This document shows positions 9,947-20,351 of a DNA stretch of 64,000 nt, piece after piece (positions within the stretch are counted from its first letter, which is position 1; every line of letters starts with the position of its first letter). Origin of the DNA: an uncultured Lentisphaerales bacterium. GTDB taxonomy: Bacteria; Verrucomicrobiota; Lentisphaeria; JABSQK01; UBA12247. Where the stretch lies: assembly GCA_943788985.1 (NCBI GenBank), contig CALSSJ010000022.1:1-64000 (forward strand), read 5' to 3'. The notes under the pieces were generated by a model. That model was not told the DNA's origin. It did not search any database and saw only the letters and a program-made list of their open reading frames with translations. Made by a program: the position numbers and the translations under genes.

Positions 9947-11950
9947 ATGAGGCTTGTCTTGTCCCTAATAGTAGTCGTTCTCCCGGCCTTTTCCCAGACC
10001 ATCAGTTCGGGCTCCACCTTCGAAGATGGGAATCGACATTTCAGTGCTCCGCCGGTTGCGCGATCGCACGTCGGCCTGACAGCCGGTGCGGACGAGTTTG
10101 GCGTGATTCTGGTCGGCGGGATTTTCAGCGACGGGAGCGTGTCGGCGGAGGCGTGGCGTTTGGCGGGGGAGGCCTGGTCGCCTGCTGGCCCGGATAGCCC
10201 CAGCCCGGTGGTCGGTGCTGGCTATGCGTTCTCCATCAATTCTGGCGGCGTCGTGCAGTTTGGTGGCCAAGATGGCGACACACTGACCAATCAGACCTAT
10301 CAACTGCGGGATGAAGCTTGGACCTTGGAGAACGGCAACGGTCCGCTACCAAGCCCTCGTCGGGATGTGATGATGCTGGGCGATTCCAATTCCGGGCTCC
10401 TTTATATGTTCGGTGGGCGAGACGCGAATGGGTTTCTAGGGGACACTTGGCTGTATGACGGAAATAGCTGGTCTGAGCTGACTGGGTTGGCCACGTCACC
10501 TCCCGCACGTGCTGAGGCTGCGATGGCCTGGGATGATACCAACTCACGTCTGATATTGTTTGGCGGCATTGGCGATGCAGGCGTCCTGGGAGATGCCTGG
10601 GCCTTCTCAAACAATGAGTGGACTCAGATTCAGACTGCGTTTCCAGCGCCAAGATATGGCCACGGTATGACCACGTTAGGCGGCAGCATCTTCCTGTTTG
10701 GCGGGCAGAATGATGCCGGGCTCATTCACGACTTTCACCGCTTCGACGGAACTGTTTGGGCGGAGCTTACTCCCGCCGAAATGCCGCCACAGCGCCGGCA
10801 CTTTGGGTTTGCCCCGGACCTGTCGCCGAATATGTTGGTGCTCTACGGCGGCGAAACCGATGCAGGAACGCTCTCGGATACTTGGGTCTACACCTTGGAT
10901 ACCGAAGAGTGGAGGGAGCTCGTGCTCTCACCGGTGCATGTCATTGACATGTCCGAAGACGCCGATGGCGTGCTGCATTACGGTGCCTTTGTGATCGAAT
11001 CTGGAGCCACAGTTCGCTTTCAGCGTACTGCCAATAATGACCCAATCACGATTCTCACAGTTGGCGGTGTCAGGATCGATGGGACGCTTGAGGTATCTGG
11101 CAGCGACGGCGTCGTGGGTTCGGCTGCGGGCGGCGAGGCAGCGCCTGGCACCGGGGGCTATCAGGGTGGGCGTGCTGCTGGCGCAAGCCCAGCAACCGGC
11201 GGCGACGGTCCTGGCGGTGGTGCGCCGGGCAGCGCCCAATTTCCAACTGGCGGGCAGGCTGGCCACTCCACACCGGGTTCCGGCGTCGGTGCCGGACGGT
11301 CCTATGGCACCTTTCTTGCGACAGCTGCCAGCGGCGGCTCAGGCGGCGGTGGCGGGTTCGGCACCGTTGAGGCACCGGGCGGCGGCGGAGGTGGTGGCGG
11401 TGGTGCCATCACCATTATTGCTAGCAGCACGATTTCCCTGTCCGGCGAGATTCTCGCACAAGGCGGACTGGGGGCCACCAACGGTGGCAATGGCTCTGGC
11501 GGCATGGTCCGTCTCGTCGCAGGTCAGATCGCCGGAGACGGCCTAATCGACACGCACCGCGACGGTACGCAACCGGGCTGGGTTCGTCTGGAGGCAGAGA
11601 CATCCACCTTTAGTGGTGTCTCTCTTCCTGCCGCGACCGTGGCCAGGCCTACCCCCCCCCCGGTCGTGGGCGACGAAGTGCAAATTAGAGTCCTCAGTAT
11701 CAACGATCAGGCAGCTACGGCATCCACCGGAAACACGGACGCTGTGGACATCTCGTTCACCGGTTCCACGACTACGATCTTACTCTCGGCAACCGGAGTT
11801 CCCGACGGCGAGCGCATTCAGCTGCGCATTGTCCTTGAAAATGGCCAGGTGTTGAACGTCCAGAGCGATCCTCTCGCGGGTGGCCAGGCGACCGCCACTG
11901 CATCCGTTCCAGTGGGCTCTGGCACGATCACGCCCTACGTCGAGTACTAG
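9947..11950 (+). CDS. Secreted Kelch-repeat beta-propeller protein with Gly-rich domain
   Basis: Signal peptide; about 6 Kelch repeats (FGG...DTW...W); long GGxG-rich tract; beta-rich C-terminus. Confidence 0.8.
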   Translation: MRLVLSLIVVVLPAFSQTISSGSTFEDGNRHFSAPPVARSHVGLTAGADEFGVILVGGIFSDGSVSAEAWRLAGEAWSPAGPDSPSPVVGAGYAFSINSGGVVQFGGQDGDTLTNQTYQLRDEAWTLENGNGPLPSPRRDVMMLGDSNSGLLYMFGGRDANGFLGDTWLYDGNSWSELTGLATSPPARAEAAMAWDDTNSRLILFGGIGDAGVLGDAWAFSNNEWTQIQTAFPAPRYGHGMTTLGGSIFLFGGQNDAGLIHDFHRFDGTVWAELTPAEMPPQRRHFGFAPDLSPNMLVLYGGETDAGTLSDTWVYTLDTEEWRELVLSPVHVIDMSEDADGVLHYGAFVIESGATVRFQRTANNDPITILTVGGVRIDGTLEVSGSDGVVGSAAGGEAAPGTGGYQGGRAAGASPATGGDGPGGGAPGSAQFPTGGQAGHSTPGSGVGAGRSYGTFLATAASGGSGGGGGFGTVEAPGGGGGGGGGAITIIASSTISLSGEILAQGGLGATNGGNGSGGMVRLVAGQIAGDGLIDTHRDGTQPGWVRLEAETSTFSGVSLPAATVARPTPPPVVGDEVQIRVLSINDQAATASTGNTDAVDISFTGSTTTILLSATGVPDGERIQLRIVLENGQVLNVQSDPLAGGQATATASVPVGSGTITPYVEY

Positions 11951-12168
11951 TGTGGTGAATCATAAGTTCGTCAGAAAATGCGAGGGCCTTTCGGCGCTCC
12001 ACCGTACTGGCGACACCTCGCCGATGGCCTAGCAGTCATACGCCACCTGCAGTGAGCCTGCCGAATGCTCCGCAGCGAGATGTAGGCACGGCAGCACTGG
12101 GAATTTGCAGTCCAGCTCTTATTTCATTGGGCGCACTATGAAAACACTGTGAGAGGACCGGAAAAGCC

Positions 12169-12807
12169 ATGGAAGATCAGCTCAGAGCTGGCGTGTTAGC
12201 CAGAGGCACAGATTGGTTTGCGATCAACAAGCCGGCAGGGGTGTCCGTTCATAACGAAAAGGGCAATGACGTCGTCAGCGCCTTTCCAGAATACGAGAAA
12301 CTGTTCTTGTTGAACCGGTTAGACGTTCCAGTCAGCGGTATCGTGTTACTGGCGAGTGACAAATTAGTTGCCGCGGCCATACAGGGCCAATTCGCGGATC
12401 GCAGTGTAAAGAAGCGCTACCGTGCCATCGCCACCATGCCTGAGGGGTTTTGCGCCGACGTTCCGGGCGAGGGGGTCTGGAAAAAGCCCTTGACGAAGAA
12501 GGCAGAGAATCGTGCTAAACCGGCAGGGTGGGGCGGAAGACGCGTCCCCTGCCAAACCACGTGGACAATCGAAAAGGTCGAAGAGGCGAGGATTTATCTG
12601 ACGTTGATCCCACATACGGGCCGTAAGCACCAATTACGGCGGCACGCAGCCATTGCTGGCTGGCCCCTTGTGGGCGACCGGCGTTATGGCCAGCCCGACG
12701 CCCCGGCAGGCTTTGCCGAGCGCATTGCCCTGCACGCCGAGTGGCTGGAGTTTCGCGCCCCGAACAGCGAGGAAACCGTGGAGATCACCTGCCCGGCACC
12801 CTGGTGA
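12169..12807 (+). CDS. RluA family RNA pseudouridine synthase
   Basis: NKPAGVSVH, NRLD catalytic Asp, TGRKHQLRRH, PLVGDRRYG, ALHAEWLEF. Confidence 0.9.
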   Translation: MEDQLRAGVLARGTDWFAINKPAGVSVHNEKGNDVVSAFPEYEKLFLLNRLDVPVSGIVLLASDKLVAAAIQGQFADRSVKKRYRAIATMPEGFCADVPGEGVWKKPLTKKAENRAKPAGWGGRRVPCQTTWTIEKVEEARIYLTLIPHTGRKHQLRRHAAIAGWPLVGDRRYGQPDAPAGFAERIALHAEWLEFRAPNSEETVEITCPAPW

Positions 12808-13302
12808 CCAGAAGCCAGATAGCCCCACACCTTAAGCTCCTACTGATACCATAGCCGGCCTGTCAGGGAATGAGCGAAGTGAATGCCAACTCTCAAGTGG
12901 TGTCTTACCTGCCTCGACCTGGACAGCGACGCCAACTGGCAGGCTTCCGAGCACACATCAGGCTTCCGTACACGCGGCCTCCGCCGCCCATTCTTCCTGC
13001 GCTGGTGAATTGCCAGCGAATAATGTCTCTCCAAAGAAGTGAAGTAGGCTATTCTGGAATCTGATCTTGAGTTAGGTTCTGCCACGCGAATTGTGCTGGT
13101 CTTTGACCTTCTGCACCCGGCCCCGCCAATCAGTTCTCTGCTTTGGTGGCAATCTTCCAGAGCTGGTGCCCTCGACCACGCAGGGATCTGCATGCCACCC
13201 GAACGAGGAACTCGCCGAAGCTGCGGTGGTGTTGCTCAAGGCACAGGCGAAGAGAGAGGCGAGAAAATGAAACCGCCAAGAGGCGTTGTGCAGGGTTAAC
13301 TC

Positions 13303-13391
13303 TACAGGAAGAAGGGAACTTAGGGAAGGCGTGATGCATGACCAATCCTGTCTTCTTACCTTCCCTTCCCTTCCCTTCTTTCCTTCCTGTA
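13303..13391. repeat. Purine/pyrimidine-tract inverted repeat element
   Basis: TACAGGAAGAAGGGAAC...GGGAAGG paired with CCTTCCCTTCCC...CTTCCTGTA. Confidence 0.55.
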
Positions 13392-13421
13392 AAAATGGGA
13401 GCGGCGCAATGCAGCGAAGGT

Positions 13422-13684
13422 CTATTTGCCGTTCGACTTCAAATAGATCAGAGCGCGGCGCCAGCGCTCCTCGAACTCGGCAGCGGTCCAGCGTTGGCGC
13501 CCCCCCAAGGGATCGCCGATTATTAGGCAGCCCTCTCCCACTTCCAGGACGACCACGTAGTGATCGACAAAGCATGTTAGTTTGACGACGACGATCGCGG
13601 GCAAGCAGCCTGCGGGCAACTCTGAAACGGCTTCGTAAGTCCCAACCTTGCCACCCTCACGGCGTCCAATTGTAGTTCAAGCAT
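13422..13684 (-). pseudogene. C39 cysteine peptidase C-terminal fragment
   Basis: LPAIVVV...DHYVVVLEV...LIIGDPLGG...EFEERW (His and Asp motifs); no catalytic Cys segment; upstream AAGGAGG-ATG (13684) is out of frame. Confidence 0.6.
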
Positions 13685-13787
13685 AATTATCCTCCTTTTC
13701 TACGGAGCCTGACAAGTGGATTGGAAGCTGGGCGGGAAGGCCCTACCGTAGGTGGAATTGATCTCATGCATACGCCAAAGGTATCCC

Positions 13788-15479
13788 ATGCGCACGGTCC
13801 TCGCTCTTTCCCTGTGTTGTTTGTTCTCGTTTGCGGACACCGCAATTATCAGCCCCCATGACATTGTGCGGCCAGAAATAGCACATTCTGCGATGATCGC
13901 CGCCAGCGAGCCAATCGCGGCAGAAGCGGGCCGCGCCATTCTGGCCGAGGGCGGTAATGCCGTGGATGCAGCGGTGACGATGGCATTCACGATGGCGGCG
14001 ACTCTGCCCCGCGCCGGGAATCTTGGCGGTGGCGGCTTCATGGTTTTGCGAACTCCGCAAGGAGTGGTCGAAGTGATCGATTTTCGCGAGATGGCACCCG
14101 CAGCAGCCACCCGGGATATGTTTCTGAATGAGGCCGGTGATGCAGATTCAGAGAAGAGTCGGTTTTCGCATCTTGCAGTGGGGGTGCCCGGTACAGTGGC
14201 CGGTCTGGCACTGGCCTTGGAACACCATGGCACCAAGGATCTGAAGCGGGTGCTGGCACCGGCGATTGAGGCCGCGAACGGCTTCGACGCGCCACAATCG
14301 CTGACTGAGGCAATCACCGCGCGCACTGATCGCCTGGGAGCCAACGCAGCAGCAGCAGCGGTCTTTCTACCGCAGGGCAAAGCACCCCAGCCCGGCAGCC
14401 ACTTTGCGCAGCCGGACCTCGCGCGCACCTTGCAGCAGATCGCCGATGGCGGCGCTGAGGCGTTCTACAACGGTCCGTTTGCTGATGCGATCAGCAAGGA
14501 GATGGCGGCCAACGGCGGACTAGTGACGAAGGCCGACATGGCGACCTACCAGGCCATCGTGCGCGAGCCGATTCGCGGGACCTACCGCGGCTATGACGTG
14601 TACTCGATGCCGCCACCGAGTTCGGGCGGTGTGCATATCGTGCAGCTGCTGAACATTCTTTCTGGCTATGATCTGACAGCGGCTGGGCACAATTCGGCGC
14701 AGTCGATTCACTGGCTCGCGGAGTCAATGAAGTACGCGTACGCAGATCGCTCGAAATACCTGGGAGACACCGATTTTGTCGACGTGCCGATTGAGCAACT
14801 GACCAGCGATTCCTATGCGACGGCTGTGCGCAGCGGGATCGCAGAGCAGGCTCGGCCAAGTGAGGAGATTCGCCCTGGCCAACTGCTTCCGCCAGAGAGC
14901 AACGAGACCACGCACTTCTCGATCATTGACCATCACGGCTTCGCGGTGGCAGTGACGTACACGCTGAATTTCTCGTTTGGTTCCGGCATCATGGTCCCCG
15001 GCACGGGCGTGCTGCTGAACAACGAGATGGACGACTTCAGTGCGAAAGCCGGGGTGCCGAACGCGTATGGTCTGCTAGGCGGAGAGGCCAACGCAGTGGA
15101 ACCAGGCAAGCGGATGCTGAGTTCGATGAGCCCCACACTGCTGGTGAAGGACGGTCAGGTCTTCCTGGCGACGGGAAGCCCTGGCGGCTCCCGCATCATC
15201 ACGACAGTGCTGCAGGTCATTCTCAATCTGGTGGACCATGGCATGAACTTGCAGGAAGCTGTGAACGCGCCGCGCGTGCATCATCAGTGGCTACCAGATG
15301 AGTTGCGCGTCGAGAGTGGGATCAGCGCGGATACGATCCGGTTGCTGGAGGCGCGCGGTCATCGGGTCGTGGAGAAGACGACGATGGGGGCAGCAGCAAG
15401 CGTGTTGCGGAGTTCGCAAACCGGCCAACTGCAGGGCGCTGCAGACCCGCGCCGCGATGGGGTGGCTGTGGGGCTGTGA
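13788..15479 (+). CDS. ggt: Gamma-glutamyltransferase
   Basis: Signal peptide; GGNAVDAAV, GNLGGGGF, DFREMAP, ETTHFS autoprocessing Thr, LNNEMDDF, SSMSPT, GSPGGSRI. Confidence 0.96.
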   Translation: MRTVLALSLCCLFSFADTAIISPHDIVRPEIAHSAMIAASEPIAAEAGRAILAEGGNAVDAAVTMAFTMAATLPRAGNLGGGGFMVLRTPQGVVEVIDFREMAPAAATRDMFLNEAGDADSEKSRFSHLAVGVPGTVAGLALALEHHGTKDLKRVLAPAIEAANGFDAPQSLTEAITARTDRLGANAAAAAVFLPQGKAPQPGSHFAQPDLARTLQQIADGGAEAFYNGPFADAISKEMAANGGLVTKADMATYQAIVREPIRGTYRGYDVYSMPPPSSGGVHIVQLLNILSGYDLTAAGHNSAQSIHWLAESMKYAYADRSKYLGDTDFVDVPIEQLTSDSYATAVRSGIAEQARPSEEIRPGQLLPPESNETTHFSIIDHHGFAVAVTYTLNFSFGSGIMVPGTGVLLNNEMDDFSAKAGVPNAYGLLGGEANAVEPGKRMLSSMSPTLLVKDGQVFLATGSPGGSRIITTVLQVILNLVDHGMNLQEAVNAPRVHHQWLPDELRVESGISADTIRLLEARGHRVVEKTTMGAAASVLRSSQTGQLQGAADPRRDGVAVGL

Positions 15480-16492
15480 GGCCGCTGCTGGTCGATCTAG
15501 GACTAGTCTCGGGCGGGGCCGAGCGCAGCTTTGCGGACTTCGCAACTCTGAAGAAGGTGGAGGCGGCGGGCGTGATTTGTGGGCCGGGTGCAGCTGATTT
15601 GTTCGAGAGTGAGGGGCCGCTCGGCGGGCGGCCGTGGTCACGCAGCGTCTCGGGTATCACAAATCTGATGCTGGACTGCGCAAGGCTGCGGCGGCAGGTG
15701 GCTACTGCGATTCAGGCGACGGGGTGCTCGCTGGTGTATGCGAACGGGATTCGTGCCGGGCTGATCTGTTCGTTGGCGGTGCCGTCGGGGATTCCGCTGG
15801 TGTACCATCACCGCGATCTGGGCGGGCCGACTCTGCTGCTGCGGAGAATTTCTGAGGCGAGTGCCCGTTGGATTGTGGCAAGCGAATTTGTCCGGAAGTC
15901 GGTTTGCGGAGTTCACAAAGCTGTGGCTGTGGTCCCGAACGGGTTTTCGTTCGCCAGCATGAGTGCTGTGCCTGCGGAAGTGCCGGGCGCTGGCCCGTTG
16001 GTGGTCATGGTGGCGGATCTGGTCCCTTGGAAGCGGCATGACTTGTTTGCTGCCTCGGTGGCGCTGGCACGGGAAAAGATACCCCAGTTGCGGGCACTTG
16101 TGGTGGGGCGCGAGCGCGATGCGGAGCAAGCGCGGGTGGTGCGCCAAGGGTTGGGAGAGATCGAGGTGATCGCCACTGCTGGCGCGCTGCCGTATATCGC
16201 CGCGGCGGATGTGCTGATGTCGCCGACGGACGTGGAGCCGTTCGGCCGGACGGTGATCGAAGCGCTGCATTGCGGGACGCGCGTGGTGGCGAGTGACGTG
16301 GGGGGGGCGGCTGAGTTAGGAGAGCGGTTTGCGGCCATCGAGACGGCGGCTTCGGAGCCGGTTGCGATGTCCGCAGCGTTGCTCGCGCAGCTGGCCAGAC
16401 CGCGAGTGGTTTCGGACCTTGCGGAGTTCGCAATCGAGCGTACCGCGGGCAAGGTCTGGGACATTTTTTCAGATTCAACGAGAGGGTCTTGA
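15476..16492 (+). CDS. GT4 (GT-B) glycosyltransferase
   Basis: SGGAERS, WKRHDLF, EPFGRTVIEA...VASDVGG; GTGA overlap with ggt. Confidence 0.85.
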   Translation: MRPLLVDLGLVSGGAERSFADFATLKKVEAAGVICGPGAADLFESEGPLGGRPWSRSVSGITNLMLDCARLRRQVATAIQATGCSLVYANGIRAGLICSLAVPSGIPLVYHHRDLGGPTLLLRRISEASARWIVASEFVRKSVCGVHKAVAVVPNGFSFASMSAVPAEVPGAGPLVVMVADLVPWKRHDLFAASVALAREKIPQLRALVVGRERDAEQARVVRQGLGEIEVIATAGALPYIAAADVLMSPTDVEPFGRTVIEALHCGTRVVASDVGGAAELGERFAAIETAASEPVAMSAALLAQLARPRVVSDLAEFAIERTAGKVWDIFSDSTRGS

Positions 16493-16496
16493 GATC

Positions 16497-17333
16497 ATGG
16501 AGCGCAATCTAGAGAATGAAGTGGCTGTGGTCACAGGCGGGGGCGGTGTGCTGTGCTCGGTGATGGCACGCGAGTTGGCAGCACGCGGGGCAAAAGTCGT
16601 GGTGATGAGTCGCAAGCAGGAGAATGCGGACGCGGCCGCGGACGCGATTCGTGAGGTGAGTGATGATGTGCTGGCGATTGCCGCCGATGTGCTGGATCGC
16701 GATAGCTTGCTGGATGCGAACGAAAAGACACGCGAGGCGTTTGGCCCGTGCACGCTGTTGGTCAATGGCGCTGGCGGGAATCACCCGGATGGCAATACGG
16801 CGATGGAGTTTCTGCAGCAGGAAGATCTGACAAACGGCACACGGACGTTTTTCGATCTGGGCTGCGAAGGGTTTTCTTTTGTGTTCGACACAAACATGAT
16901 CGGTGTAGTCCAGGCGACCCAGGTGTTTGCGCGTGACATGGCCGCGACCGGGCACGGGAGTGTGATCAATGTTTCCTCAATGAGCGCGTTCTCACCGCTG
17001 ACGAAAGTGGCGGCCTATAGTGCAGCCAAGGCGGCGGTGAACAACTTTACGCAATGGCTGGCAGTGCACCTGTCCGGGACGGGAGTACGGGTGAACGCGA
17101 TCGCGCCGGGATTCTTCCTTACGCGGCAGAATAAAGATCTGCTGACCAATCCGGATGGATCATACACGGCACGTGGTGGCAAGGTGATTTCCCAGACGCC
17201 GATGGGACGCTACGGCAAGCCTGAAGAGCTGCTCGGGACGCTGGTCTGGCTTGCAGATCGGACCCAGTCTGGTTTTGTTACTGGTGTGGTCGTGCCCGTT
17301 GACGGCGGATTCAATGCGTATAGCGGGGTCTAG
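16497..17333 (+). CDS. uxuB: SDR oxidoreductase, D-mannonate oxidoreductase (UxuB)-like
   Basis: TGGGGVLC, LVNGAGGNHP, SSMSAFSPLTKVAAYSAAKAA, NAIAPGFF, TPMGRYG. Confidence 0.8.
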   Translation: MERNLENEVAVVTGGGGVLCSVMARELAARGAKVVVMSRKQENADAAADAIREVSDDVLAIAADVLDRDSLLDANEKTREAFGPCTLLVNGAGGNHPDGNTAMEFLQQEDLTNGTRTFFDLGCEGFSFVFDTNMIGVVQATQVFARDMAATGHGSVINVSSMSAFSPLTKVAAYSAAKAAVNNFTQWLAVHLSGTGVRVNAIAPGFFLTRQNKDLLTNPDGSYTARGGKVISQTPMGRYGKPEELLGTLVWLADRTQSGFVTGVVVPVDGGFNAYSGV

Positions 17334-17443
17334 CAGCTGGTTCTATCCCACCTTGCTCCGCTGGCATTGGCCAGAATGCACGATAGATTCTTGAGCGCAA
17401 GGTGTTCGTTTATAGGGTTTCGTGGCTCGTAAAGAAGGGAAGC

Positions 17444-20299
17444 ATGGCAAGCACCCCGTTACCAGAAGACATCCGTGGGGAATGGGTTTGGAATCAAGAA
17501 TCCCTTACCTCCATAGACAGTTACGTCTTTCTCCGGCGCGATTTCACGCTATTTGAGACACCACAGGTCGCAGAGCTGTGGGTTACGTCCAGCCACGCGT
17601 TCCACCTGTACATCAACGGCCGCCATTTCACTTGTGGCTCAATGGGCGGGGTCGGGGTGCGCCACTACGTGCTGTATTTCGACGTCGGCTATACGCTAGA
17701 AGTCGGCAATAACTCGCTGGCCGTGGTGGCCCATCACATCGATATCGCCACCTATGCCCAGCAGCAGGGCGAGCGCGGGTTTTGGTGCCAGCTAAATTTG
17801 GACGGCGAGCCGTATGTCTGGACGAACGACGAATGGCTGACCTATCCTTACGAGGTCTATACGGGCCGCCAACCGCGCATTTCACGGGCCTCTACGTTCG
17901 TGGAAACGGTGGACCTAAAACGCTACCCAGTGGGCTGGCAAGAGAGCGACTTTAAGACAGACGATTGGGTCGAGGCCGGCTACACGCGGGAGGTCATCCA
18001 CGCGGAACTGGATCCCTATCCGGCATTCGAGCCGACCTCTGAGCTGGTGCCGGTGCGAAATGTGCTGGTGGCTGGGCGAGCGACCTGTCTGCATTTGACC
18101 ACGCATGTTTGCATTGCGCAGGCGGTAAAGGACGCACAGGGCCTGTTCATGGCCGAGACGTTCGTGCAGGTCCCCGATAACGATGATGAGACGATGCTTT
18201 ACGTGTTCTGTGATGATCCGTACTATTTCTTCGTCAACGAAGAGTTGGTGAAGTGCCAGGCTTGGCGCGAGCCGCGTGACTGGGCGGACCCGCGCTGGGA
18301 TACGCCTCGCTGTTTTCAGCAGGAAGAGGTGATCGACGTGGTCGGCACCGTGATTTTGCAGCCAGGCTGGAACAAGATTACGTTCTTGCAGCAGGTGGAG
18401 CCGGATTCGGCAGGGATCACGTTGGTCTTTCCGGCTTTGGCAGCGGGATCGCTCAAATTCCTGCGTGGGCCTGATGCGTTCGGACTTCCGGGCTGGAATG
18501 TGGCAGGGCCAATGCGCACGCCGTTTTCCAAGATTCACGGGACAGTATTTGTGGATAATGTACCGCACACGTCCTACTACAAAATCACGCCGTGTGATGC
18601 AGCCGCGCACTTGCTAACCTATCAGTTTGACTCGGAAGAGGCGACTCTGCCGCCGAATGAGTTGGTGCTGAGCGAGGGGGATTTTGCGATCTTGGAGCTG
18701 CCGCAATACACGCGCGGCTACGTAGATTGCACGTTCATCGGAAGTGCCGGTGATATCGTAGATGTGGTCTACGGGAACACTCTCCAAGGGTCCGTGCTGA
18801 GCCCGTATGACCGCGGGACCCGGAAAGTGATCACCAACACTCTACGAGAAGGGGAATGCCAGTGGCACTCTGTCGAGGCGCATGGAATGGCCTGCATCAT
18901 GGTCCTGGCCCGACAAGCAGCCACCCGAATCACTATTCGCGACCTGAGTGTGCGGCGGCTGGATCGCAGCTTCCATGAGCAGAATTTGTTTGCCTGTTCG
19001 GACGAGTTGATGAACCAGATATGGGAGGTCGGCGAGAACACGCTGCAGGCCACCTACGACTACCGATTCCTGAATTCTGCCGGCTTCTTGGAAGGCCAGC
19101 TGCTGGGAGACGCGATGATTCAGGCGTTGGCCAGTATCGCGCTGGTGGGAGATTTCCGGCTGTCAGAGAAAGCGCTCCGTGAGTTTGCCAACGCACAGCT
19201 GGAGACAGGTGAGATCCCGGCGCTGGCTCCAAGTGATTTTCATGTGAGCTTTTACGACTTTGCGCTGTTGTGGCCACACTGGCTGCAGGTGCACGTTGCC
19301 CAGTCCGGTGATTTGGAGTTGATGCAGGAGATGTTTCCGGTTCTGGAACGGTTGCTGGCCTTCTTTGAAGGAATAGCTGGGCCCGAGACCATGCTGATCG
19401 GGGATCTGGAAGAGCCGTTTCTAACGCCGTCTCTGATCGACTATGATGAGACGGTGGATCACGCTGGCATTGGCACCTGTATCAATTCGCTCTATTGCAA
19501 TGCACTGTTGAAGTCCGAATGGCTCTTCCGTCAGGCTGAACGCACCGAAGAAGCGGATATCTGTCATGAGCGGGCGGCACGCCTCGCGCACAGCCTACGC
19601 AAGCTGACTTGGAATGCCGAGAAGGGGCTGTTTGCAGACTGCTGGTGCGAAAACGAGCGCTCGATGAATTACTCGCTGCAGGCGAATGTACTGGCGATCT
19701 TTGGCGGCATCGCGCCGGATTGCAACCGGGTGTTCGACAATCTGTTTTTCGAGTACGCGCCATTCCAGGAAGTGCTGGTAGACAAGGACAATGAGAATCC
19801 GTATTTCAAGTACTTTATCCTCGAAGCGGCATTCGCAATCGGTCGCCGTGACTGGGGCATCGAGTACATGCGCTACTACTGGGGCCGGATGATTCAGCAG
19901 GGGGCCCGTACTTGGTGGAACAAGTTCAGCCCAGACGAGGAATTTGACCTGGACAACGTCCAGAGTGTCTGCCATGGCAACGGGATCTCACCGAACTACT
20001 TTCTAATGCGTGAGGTCGTCGGAATTCGGCCTGTTACAAACGGCTACAAACGCCTCTATTTCAATCCAGTCCTCACCTCGGCCGAATGGGTGCGTGCTCG
20101 GATTCACACGCCGGAAGGTAACTTCAAAATCGAGTGGTCGTACCTGGAGAGCGGCGAACTCCAGATCGTGATTGACTCAGAGTACCCGCTTGAGATCGTG
20201 CCGGTGTTGGACAAGGCTGTGGCAGAGAATGTCGTCGTGCACGTTTCAGATGGCGTCACGATCATTGACGTCGACGATGCGCGTGAACCAACGCGTTGA
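17444..20299 (+). CDS. GH78 alpha-L-rhamnosidase-like protein (divergent active site)
   Basis: YVFLRRDF...HLYINGR N-terminal domain; FACSDELMNQIW, LLGD, NPYFKYF, SVCHG and GIRP...GYKR in the (a/a)6 and C-terminal domains; no signal peptide. Confidence 0.75.
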   Translation: MASTPLPEDIRGEWVWNQESLTSIDSYVFLRRDFTLFETPQVAELWVTSSHAFHLYINGRHFTCGSMGGVGVRHYVLYFDVGYTLEVGNNSLAVVAHHIDIATYAQQQGERGFWCQLNLDGEPYVWTNDEWLTYPYEVYTGRQPRISRASTFVETVDLKRYPVGWQESDFKTDDWVEAGYTREVIHAELDPYPAFEPTSELVPVRNVLVAGRATCLHLTTHVCIAQAVKDAQGLFMAETFVQVPDNDDETMLYVFCDDPYYFFVNEELVKCQAWREPRDWADPRWDTPRCFQQEEVIDVVGTVILQPGWNKITFLQQVEPDSAGITLVFPALAAGSLKFLRGPDAFGLPGWNVAGPMRTPFSKIHGTVFVDNVPHTSYYKITPCDAAAHLLTYQFDSEEATLPPNELVLSEGDFAILELPQYTRGYVDCTFIGSAGDIVDVVYGNTLQGSVLSPYDRGTRKVITNTLREGECQWHSVEAHGMACIMVLARQAATRITIRDLSVRRLDRSFHEQNLFACSDELMNQIWEVGENTLQATYDYRFLNSAGFLEGQLLGDAMIQALASIALVGDFRLSEKALREFANAQLETGEIPALAPSDFHVSFYDFALLWPHWLQVHVAQSGDLELMQEMFPVLERLLAFFEGIAGPETMLIGDLEEPFLTPSLIDYDETVDHAGIGTCINSLYCNALLKSEWLFRQAERTEEADICHERAARLAHSLRKLTWNAEKGLFADCWCENERSMNYSLQANVLAIFGGIAPDCNRVFDNLFFEYAPFQEVLVDKDNENPYFKYFILEAAFAIGRRDWGIEYMRYYWGRMIQQGARTWWNKFSPDEEFDLDNVQSVCHGNGISPNYFLMREVVGIRPVTNGYKRLYFNPVLTSAEWVRARIHTPEGNFKIEWSYLESGELQIVIDSEYPLEIVPVLDKAVAENVVVHVSDGVTIIDVDDAREPTR

Positions 20300-20351
20300 T
20301 CGCGCGGGTCCTATGGGCGGGTTCTATTGACCCTCAGCGATTGCGATAGCG

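Noticed and set aside
11140..11500. GGC-rich tract as a DNA repeat element
   Set aside because: Fully explained by Gly codons of the Kelch/Gly-rich protein
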